A DNA stretch of 64,000 bases from an uncultured SAR86 cluster bacterium (GTDB taxonomy: Bacteria > Pseudomonadota > Gammaproteobacteria > Magnimaribacterales > D2472): assembly GCA_964275585.1 (NCBI GenBank), contig CAXYCJ010000006.1, forward strand, positions 83,387-147,386. Direction: 5' to 3'. This document shows positions 27,674-33,990 of the stretch, in pieces. Within the stretch, counting starts at the first letter, position 1. Every line of letters starts with the position of its first letter. The translations under genes were made by a program, and so were the position numbers. The notes under the pieces were generated by a model. That model worked only from the letters and a program-made list of their open reading frames with translations. It searched no databases and had not been told where the DNA came from.

Positions 27674-27802
27674 ATGAATAGGGCTATCAGAATTCAAAAA
27701 TCTGAAGCAGCTAGGAATAAACGTCATGCAAAACGTGATTTAGCTTCTAAAAAACTTCTTAATGAGTATGCTCGATTAAGAAAGTTAAAAAAAAGCAAGT
27801 AA
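27674..27802 (+). CDS. Candidate 42-aa highly basic small protein
   Basis: ATG at 27674 preceded by AAGGGAGA. Translation MNRAIRIQKSEAARNKRHAKRDLASKKLLNEYARLRKLKKSK. Below the ORF-track length cutoff. No family recognised. Confidence 0.35.
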   Translation: MNRAIRIQKSEAARNKRHAKRDLASKKLLNEYARLRKLKKSK

Positions 27803-27861
27803 CTGGCAGCTTCGTAAAATTATATGCATTCCTTAGTGCAGGGCTATTTTTTAACTTAAAT

Positions 27862-28302
27862 ATGCTTGCAAATCAGCCTCTTGAACCTTTTAATACCTCT
27901 ATGACTGAAACAAAAAAATTTTTAGAAAAATGGTATAAAGCCTATAGATCTGATGATCCTAAATTTCTCGATGAAATATTAGATGAGTTCGTTATCTTCT
28001 CTTCGCCCATTGTCTTTAAGCCTATAGAAGGCAAAGAAATGACAAAGCTCTATTTAATGGGTGCTGGCAAAACTTTTAACATGGATAAGTTTGCATATGT
28101 GCGCGAGGTAATTGATGGCTTGGATGTTATCTTGGAGTTTGAAACATACATAGATAATATTTCAGTCAATGGAGTTGATATGATTCGATGGAACACTGAA
28201 GGCAAGATTATTGATTTTAAAGTCATGGTCAGACCCTTACAAGCTATAAATAAGCTCCAAATAAAAATGTCGGAGTCTTTAGACAGCCTTCAGAAAAAGT
28301 AG
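27862..28302 (+). CDS. NTF2/SnoaL-like fold protein
   Basis: 146 aa. The size and the pattern W..AY...D...L..L.DD.V and similar are typical of SnoaL-like proteins. Weak call. Confidence 0.45.
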   Translation: MLANQPLEPFNTSMTETKKFLEKWYKAYRSDDPKFLDEILDEFVIFSSPIVFKPIEGKEMTKLYLMGAGKTFNMDKFAYVREVIDGLDVILEFETYIDNISVNGVDMIRWNTEGKIIDFKVMVRPLQAINKLQIKMSESLDSLQKK

Positions 28303-28349
28303 CTAAAATCTATTAACCCGATCAGAAAGTTTTAAACAAGGAGGTCAAA

Positions 28350-28772
28350 ATGCCAGATATCAACCAAACAGGCAGTTGCTTATGCGGCAACATCCAATAC
28401 AATTTTAATCAATCCAAAGCTCTCTCAGCCCATCATTGCCATTGCATAGACTGTCAAAAATCTACTGGCAGTGGTAAAGCTACTATAGTAATAATTCCTG
28501 AAGATGAATTATCCATAACCGGAAATCTAAAATTTTATTCTGTCACCGGCTCACAGGGCTCTCAAATTAATCGAGGCTTTTGTCAAAACTGTGGCTCACC
28601 TGTGATTAGTTTTATGAAAGAAAACCCAGGCATGAAGTTTATAAAAGCAGGCACTTTGAACGATTCATCGTGGCTAACTATTGCCTCTAACTTCTGGAGT
28701 TCAACTGCTAATAACTGGTCTCCAATCCAAGACGAGGTTGAGACTTTTACCCACAATCCAGATTTAGGATAA
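28350..28772 (+). CDS. GFA (glutathione-dependent formaldehyde-activating / CENP-V) family zinc protein
   Basis: GSCLCGNIQY, CHCIDCQKSTGS and FCQNCGSP cysteine clusters. Confidence 0.8.
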   Translation: MPDINQTGSCLCGNIQYNFNQSKALSAHHCHCIDCQKSTGSGKATIVIIPEDELSITGNLKFYSVTGSQGSQINRGFCQNCGSPVISFMKENPGMKFIKAGTLNDSSWLTIASNFWSSTANNWSPIQDEVETFTHNPDLG

Positions 28773-28842
28773 AGCACTTAATATTTCCTTGAGTTGATCA
28801 TGTCTTAGATGTATATTGGCTCTTCAAAAATTTATAATTCAA

Positions 28843-29124
28843 ATGAAAAACTTACTTTTTCCAATACTATTTCTTGCTATAACAACAGGATGTGCCTCAA
28901 ATCCTGAGCAGTTGTCTGATCAAGTTCAATCTAATGAAGAAGAAAGCGAAAAGATTTGCAGGTATGAAAAAGTTGTAGGAACAAGAATACCTGAAAGGTT
29001 TTGTTATACGAAAGAAGAATTAGAGCGGTTAGAAGAAGCCAGTCAAAAAATGCTTGAAAAAGAGCAACGCATGGGAGAGAGAAGGCAAACCCAAGAAACT
29101 TTGGGCAACTCGAATCCTGGGTAA
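28843..29124 (+). CDS. Small lipoprotein, hypothetical
   Basis: The ATG at 28843 gives MKNLLFPILFLAITTGCAS (lipobox). The remainder is charged. Confidence 0.5.
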   Translation: MKNLLFPILFLAITTGCASNPEQLSDQVQSNEEESEKICRYEKVVGTRIPERFCYTKEELERLEEASQKMLEKEQRMGERRQTQETLGNSNPG

Positions 29125-29170
29125 AGAAGCTAACGATTTTCATCTATATTAGCTTTGATTGTTTATAAAG

Positions 29171-30895
29171 TCAGTTGGCCACAGGATGCAAAGGATAGCT
29201 CATCCCCTTCACTACTGTTCCAATAACTGTAATGTCTTTAATGTCAGTAATTGGTACCGTTAAAGGATTTTTTTGAAGAATAGTAAAATTTGCATATTTA
29301 CCTATTTCAATAGACCCATACATTTTCTCTAATCGTAGAACGTAAGCTGAATTTATTGTGACACCCTTCAATGCTTCTAGGGCCGAGATTCTTTGTTCAG
29401 GTCCAGCTACCTTATTGGCAAAATTTGTTCTATTAACCGCTGAATGCATTAACTGTAGCGGAGAAGCTGGCGCCATTGGCATATCAGAATGAAGAGACAC
29501 AACAATGTTCTCTCTAACCACGTCTCCTAATCTGACCATTTCCTGTGATCTCTCATAGCCCACCCCTTGGCGGCTATATAAATCTGATAATGCTGTTACA
29601 TAATAGGGGTTTGCGCTAACAACAACACCCAAATCTTTCATCCTTTTGAGTTGATCTTTTGCGGAATAGCCAAAATGAACAACTGTCGTCCGATGATCTT
29701 GTCTAGGGTTATTAATTAAGTTTTCTTCTAAATTGTTTAACAATCTATCCAATGCAGCATCTCCATTTTGATGAACATGAATTTGATAATTCGCATCCCA
29801 AAAAAGTTTAAATAGTTCCTTGTAGTTTTTGCTGTCCATTAACCAGGATCCCTGATGATTATCTATATAGCCCTCTCTCATCATCATATTTTGGGAGTAC
29901 ATAGCCCCATCTGTAAAAAGCTTTATGTGATTAGGTAAAAACTGAACTTTTCCTGCCCCCCAAGTGGTTTGTTCTTTGGCAGCATCAAGAATCTCACTTA
30001 AATCAAATTGCTCGGAAAGATTTAGCCCGCTCGGAAAAAAATATGACTCAAAGGGAGTATCTAAACTCCCCAGGGTATAGTTTTTTGCCATTTGAATTTC
30101 CTGGCTGTACATTGAACCTGGATTGCCAATGACAGTAATGCCATTGGCATGAATGTAATCTTTTGTTTTTTGAAGACCTAGTATTAATTTTTTAGGAGCT
30201 GCTAACACAGCCATTAAATTAGGTAAAACAACAATAGCTCCTCTTTCGGAAAAATGGCCCTCTTCGAAATTTACTAAATGCTTTTCTTCCTCAAGATCTG
30301 GAAATGCATTGCGACTAATTCCCAATAATTTCATCGCCGGTGTATTTAAAATAAATTCATGAAAAGATCGATGCACAACAATAATTGGTCTGATCATAGA
30401 AATATTATCTAAATCATTTTTAGTTAAGCGGCCATGAAAATAATGATGAAACCCCCAAGAGACTAATGGTTGATCGCTTGGGTGGTTTGCCTCAACTTCA
30501 CTTAGCCTATTCAAATAATCTTTCCTATTTTTAACGCCCTTAGAGATTTTTTCCTGCAGGACCCAATCATCAATAGCAATAATCTCAGAATTCATTGTCA
30601 CGGCAGCCAAAAAAGGGTGAATATGGTGCTCAATAAAACCAGGGACAATTACATGGTCCTGATAATCAAGAACAACATCCGCATCAGGATAGGATGTTGA
30701 TAATATTTCTGCAGAACCAACATCAATAATTTTTGAGTTCTGCACTGCTACTGCCTCTACCTCATCATTTTTTGTATTGAGCGTAATTATCTGATTGGCA
30801 ACATAAATCTTAATTGCTTGCTCTTCCTCAGAGGCAATTAAAGGCGAGGTAAAAACAAAGATGAATATAAAAAGATATGAGTGTATTTTGCGCAT
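29171..30895 (-). CDS. Secreted metal-dependent amidohydrolase (YtcJ-like / amidohydrolase-3)
   Basis: 574 aa. Signal peptide, PGFIEHHIHP metal site, HQNGDAA, HSDMP. Confidence 0.8.
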   Translation of the reverse strand: MRKIHSYLFIFIFVFTSPLIASEEEQAIKIYVANQIITLNTKNDEVEAVAVQNSKIIDVGSAEILSTSYPDADVVLDYQDHVIVPGFIEHHIHPFLAAVTMNSEIIAIDDWVLQEKISKGVKNRKDYLNRLSEVEANHPSDQPLVSWGFHHYFHGRLTKNDLDNISMIRPIIVVHRSFHEFILNTPAMKLLGISRNAFPDLEEEKHLVNFEEGHFSERGAIVVLPNLMAVLAAPKKLILGLQKTKDYIHANGITVIGNPGSMYSQEIQMAKNYTLGSLDTPFESYFFPSGLNLSEQFDLSEILDAAKEQTTWGAGKVQFLPNHIKLFTDGAMYSQNMMMREGYIDNHQGSWLMDSKNYKELFKLFWDANYQIHVHQNGDAALDRLLNNLEENLINNPRQDHRTTVVHFGYSAKDQLKRMKDLGVVVSANPYYVTALSDLYSRQGVGYERSQEMVRLGDVVRENIVVSLHSDMPMAPASPLQLMHSAVNRTNFANKVAGPEQRISALEALKGVTINSAYVLRLEKMYGSIEIGKYANFTILQKNPLTVPITDIKDITVIGTVVKGMSYPLHPVAN

Positions 30896-31091
30896 ATTTT
30901 ATTAAATCCTAATGAAAATAAATATCAAGCTTAAACAAAACTAGCCTACATAAAGATAGGAGATTTGTGCTTGAACGCTGCATCTCTTGGATGTATATTC
31001 ATAATAGCAGGTAGATAGTTGCTTAGAACTCTTCTGTCAGAGGAGAACTTCAAAAGTTTTCAAAGTTTTCAAATTGGGTAATACTGGTTAT

Positions 31092-31564
31092 ATGAAAACA
31101 TTAATCCTCATCGCAGCCACCTTTTTCATAATCAATATCTATGCATTACCTCAATGTCCATCCGACACAGCTGCAAGATGGCATAACTGTTTTGGCACTT
31201 ACACTTTTGCCAGTGGAAGCAAATACGTTGGCGAGTTAAAGATGGCAAGCGGCACGGACAAGGCACTTCCACTTTTCCCAGTGGAGACAAATACGTTGGG
31301 GAGTATAAAGATGGCAAGTACCACGGACAAGGCACTTTCACTGTTGCCAGTGGAGGCAAATACGTTGGCGAGTACCAAGATGGCAAGAGGCACGGACAAG
31401 GCCACGGACAAGGCACTTACACTTCTAAGGGTGGGACTGAACAGACTGGATTTTTTTTGAATGGTTCATTTGTACCCTATCTCTGTGAAGAAATGGGGTT
31501 AACTCGAGGCACTGATGCATATGGGCAGTGTGTTATTAAATTAATAGAAGAAGTAACTAAATGA
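31092..31564 (+). pseudogene. Secreted MORN-repeat protein gene interrupted by a 1-nt frameshift
   Basis: Signal peptide MKTLILIAATFFIINIYA, then GSKYVGE. After 31236 the MORN consensus (YKDGKRHGQGT..) continues only in the +2 frame through to the TGA at 31562-31564. Repeat 1 is 68 bp against 69 bp for repeats 2 and 3 (GAGTTAAAG vs GAGTATAAAG). Confidence 0.7.
31194..31399 (+). repeat. Three tandem ~69-bp MORN-coding repeats
   Basis: Units start at 31194, 31262 and 31331, each GGCACTT..AAATACGTTGG.GAGTA..GATGGCAAG..CACGGACAA. An extra 12-bp GGCCACGGACAA partial repeat follows. Confidence 0.85.
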
Positions 31565-31583
31565 AACACACCCTTGCCTTAGT
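31560..31583 (+). repeat. 24-bp perfect direct repeat, left copy
   Basis: AATGAAACACACCCTTGCCTTAGT, identical to 32283-32306. Overlaps the MORN gene stop codon. Confidence 0.95.
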
Positions 31584-31588
31584 AGACA

Positions 31589-31744
31589 ATGTTAACTGCT
31601 CAAATTGCTCTGTTAGTTATGGTCATTATGGGAGTCATTAATGGTGGGACAATCTATGAGATTGGCACTTTTTATTTTGTATCATTTGCAGTCTTGTCTG
31701 CGATGCAAGTAGTAATATCAAGTCTGTTGTTTAAGGAGTCCTAA
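31589..31744 (+). CDS. Candidate 51-aa hydrophobic peptide
   Basis: MLTAQIALLVMVIMGVINGGTIYEIGTFYFVSFAVLSAMQVVISSLLFKES. Two hydrophobic segments. Could equally be a remnant of a membrane-protein gene. Confidence 0.25.
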   Translation: MLTAQIALLVMVIMGVINGGTIYEIGTFYFVSFAVLSAMQVVISSLLFKES

Positions 31745-31768
31745 TTGATAGCAAAGATGGAAGAATGA

Positions 31769-32212
31769 ATGGCAACCGATAAACAGAAATTAGGTGACTT
31801 TGGTGAGGAGTTAATTAAAAAGAAATTTGATTGTCCAAAATGCAAAAGAACTAAAACCCTGAAAAAACTTCCACCCAATTTTAAATGTGCAGATATTATT
31901 TGTGATTTCTGTGGATACCTGGCACAGGTAAAGACAAAAACAGTCACAGATATTGACAAGTTTCCATCAAAGATTTTAGGTGCTGCGTGGCAACCTCAAA
32001 AAGATAGAATGGATGCAGGTATATATTTTCCATTATTTGTTGTATTAAAAAATAAGAATAAACATTCTGTATTTTATCTATCATCAGATTTGCAAACAGA
32101 AGAGATGTTCATCGAGAGAAAACCCTTATCTAGTTCTGCAAAAAGAGCAGGTTGGCAAGGATATTATTTTGATGGCACCTTATTGGAAAAATTTATCTCT
32201 AGATTAGTATGA
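31769..32212 (+). CDS. DpnI-like PD-(D/E)xK nuclease catalytic domain with embedded Cys4 zinc ribbon (no winged-helix domain)
   Basis: 147 aa. CPKC..(19)..D-IICDFCGYLAQVK (D..QxK nuclease core with CxxC pairs) and RKPLSSSAKRAGWQGYYF. From memory these correspond to the DpnI blocks CPNC..ADFYCNHC..ELKSK and RKPL..ARRAGWIGC. Confidence 0.55.
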   Translation: MATDKQKLGDFGEELIKKKFDCPKCKRTKTLKKLPPNFKCADIICDFCGYLAQVKTKTVTDIDKFPSKILGAAWQPQKDRMDAGIYFPLFVVLKNKNKHSVFYLSSDLQTEEMFIERKPLSSSAKRAGWQGYYFDGTLLEKFISRLV

Positions 32213-32282
32213 AGAGTTTAAAGTTGAGAATAAAAGCAATTTTCTTTTGCCAATGGGCAATGTTATAAAGCTGACAAAATCT

Positions 32283-32306
32283 AATGAAACACACCCTTGC
32301 CTTAGT
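32283..32306 (+). repeat. 24-bp perfect direct repeat, right copy
   Basis: AATGAAACACACCCTTGCCTTAGT. Here it begins a 23-codon ORF, MKHTLALVLLVFGSFGAFAEISM, which is a signal peptide followed by a stop. Confidence 0.95.
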
Positions 32307-32367
32307 TTTGTTGGTCTTTGGAAGCTTTGGAGCTTTTGCTGAAATAAGTATGTGATAGTATTAAATT

Positions 32368-32742
32368 ATGAAAAATTTTATAAGTTATTTGTACTTTTTC
32401 ATTAAACCAATTCTCATATTTGGACTCTTGATGTCTGCTCATGGCTTTCAAATGAGTATAAATTGGGAGTATTATGACCAATACGGCAAATCAGGAGGCT
32501 ATTCAGCTCAAGCATATTTTTTCGTCGGGGTTGGATATTTATTAACTACCTTGATTTTGTGGGTAACACTTTATTATAAAAAGAAAAAGCACTTTGGAAG
32601 TGCTGAGATATTATTTGATAAGGGTCAAAACAAATATCTTTCTGTGATTGTAAGGTTTTTAATTGTATTGCTTATATTTTCTTTCATAGTGCTTGGGATT
32701 CCATACTGGATTATAGATGTGCCTAATGGAGATTTTGGTTAA
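32368..32742 (+). CDS. Hypothetical membrane protein (about 3 TM)
   Basis: 124-aa ORF with three hydrophobic segments. No family recognised. Confidence 0.45.
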   Translation: MKNFISYLYFFIKPILIFGLLMSAHGFQMSINWEYYDQYGKSGGYSAQAYFFVGVGYLLTTLILWVTLYYKKKKHFGSAEILFDKGQNKYLSVIVRFLIVLLIFSFIVLGIPYWIIDVPNGDFG

Positions 32743-33072
32743 ATGAGTGAATTTGATGACTTGGAAAGTTTTCAAAGTAATTGGGACAAACATCCTCCTA
32801 GTTTTTTCTAGTTAACGACTCAAAATACCCTCAAAATATTCGAACTTTAGATACTATATGGGTAGGTGGTATGGCGGTTCCTGCCTACCCCCCAAAGAAC
32901 AAAGGTTCAGACAGAACAAAAGACTTTATTTCGTGGCGGAATTTAGTATCATATGCAGTCTTTCTACAGGACAATTACTGTACCTACATGAAAGGTCTAA
33001 GTTACGGAGAAGTTACGGTGGCATGTAACTAGAACTAACTCCTAGCTAAGAATGTTGCAACCATGCACATTA

Positions 33073-33148
33073 GCGGGAATAGCTCAGTTGGTAGAGCGCA
33101 ACCTTGCCAAGGTTGAGGTCGCCAGTTCGAACCTGGTTTCCCGCTCCA
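33073..33148 (+). tRNA. tRNA-Gly (anticodon GCC)
   Basis: GCGGGAATAGCTCAGTTGGTAGAGCGCAACCTTGCCAAGGTTGAGGTCGCCAGTTCGAACCTGGTTTCCCGCTCCA. Full cloverleaf, anticodon loop TTGCCAA, encoded CCA. Confidence 0.95.
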
Positions 33149-33281
33149 GTCTTAATAAGCTTTAAGCCTTAGTTTTGATTATCTTTGGAATTGTTGGTTG
33201 ATTGGGTTTCTTTGAGAAACCCAATAAATTCATGGCTTGTAAGTTTTTTTAGCTAATTGACTTATCTAAAGCTTACAATTG

Positions 33282-33557
33282 CTATTCTACTAGCCATGTA
33301 ATATTTTCACCATCATATGTAACTTTCACAGTATAAGTAAAACTACCGTTGGGTTCTGTGGTGTTCATTACGCCTGTGTATATATTTGATTCAGATGATT
33401 CTCTGGTTAATATAAGTGATTCAATTTTGATATCCATTCCTGCATAACCTTCTTCCAGCCCGCTTATAACTTGACTGGTTAAGTCTGAGTTGCTTAGTCT
33501 AGTATCACAAGCAGCTATTACAAATATTGCACATAATAAAATTAGATATTTCTTCAT
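33282..33557 (-). CDS. Small lipoprotein, hypothetical
   Basis: 91 aa. MKKYLILLCAIFVIAACD lipobox. AGGAGAAA Shine-Dalgarno upstream. Confidence 0.55.
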   Translation of the reverse strand: MKKYLILLCAIFVIAACDTRLSNSDLTSQVISGLEEGYAGMDIKIESLILTRESSESNIYTGVMNTTEPNGSFTYTVKVTYDGENITWLVE

Positions 33558-33837
33558 TAGTTTTCTCCTTTTTATAAATATATTACATCAATAAAGAGTG
33601 CTTTTAAGAAAAAGTAACTCAATGTGAAGGTTGTGAATCTAATGCAGTGTTTAAAAGGCTCTATAGCAACGGGGTAGGTTTGAATGCAGAATTAAAAAAA
33701 TCTTTGGTCTTGAATTTTTCTTATTTGATCTTAAATAAGTTATCAGGGATGCCAATTGGATCCACGTTTATTAACCGCATGTGCCGTAAGGATATGCATA
33801 TTAGATTAGTTAGTCGCTACCAAGGAGGACTATATTT

Positions 33838-33990
33838 ATGGTACTTAATTTTACCAATCCGTTCCTAACCACTCGTGTGTTAGGGTTTGAAAACCTATTT
33901 GATAGACTGCAGAGATTCTCTGAAACCACAGAGAAATCTTCAAGCTATCCGCCCTACAATATTATAAGAAAAGCACTCTTTGTTTCATGA
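33838..33990 (+). pseudogene. N-terminal 50-codon remnant of an IbpA/Hsp20-type small heat-shock protein gene
   Basis: Strong Shine-Dalgarno AAGGAGG 9 nt upstream. MVLNFTNPFLTTRVLGFENLFDRLQRFSETTEKSSSYPPYNIIRK matches the IbpA N-terminal arm (GFDRLF..YPPYN). It ends (ALFVS*) before any alpha-crystallin domain. Confidence 0.6.

Noticed and set aside
31074-31460. ORF-track ORFs over the MORN repeats: 31074-31460 (+), 31132-31416 (-) and 31199-31411 (-).
   Set aside because: They stay open only because the 69-bp repeats lack stops in several frames. The plus-strand ORF loses the MORN consensus after the 1-nt deletion at ~31236. The biologically meaningful reading is the frameshifted MORN gene at 31092-31564.
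33202-33224. Perfect 9-bp hairpin TTGGGTTTC-TTTGA-GAAACCCAA downstream of tRNA-Gly, considered as a terminator.
   Set aside because: No U-tract follows it on either strand, so it does not meet intrinsic-terminator criteria. Its function is undetermined.
33647-33868. 73-aa ORF upstream of and overlapping the sHSP remnant.
   Set aside because: It has a GTG start with no Shine-Dalgarno, and it overlaps the well-supported Shine-Dalgarno and start of the IbpA-like remnant in another frame. It is likely the promoter and 5' UTR of the former heat-shock gene.
33593-33981. 13-bp inverted repeat (AAAGAGTGCTTTT / AAAAGCACTCTTT) flanking the sHSP remnant region, considered as the ends of a mobile or invertible element.
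   Set aside because: My rough estimate is that a 13-mer inverted match within 400 bp is not clearly beyond chance in 64 kb of AT-rich sequence. No transposase, recombinase or target duplication accompanies it. I mention it only as a possible breakpoint coincidence.
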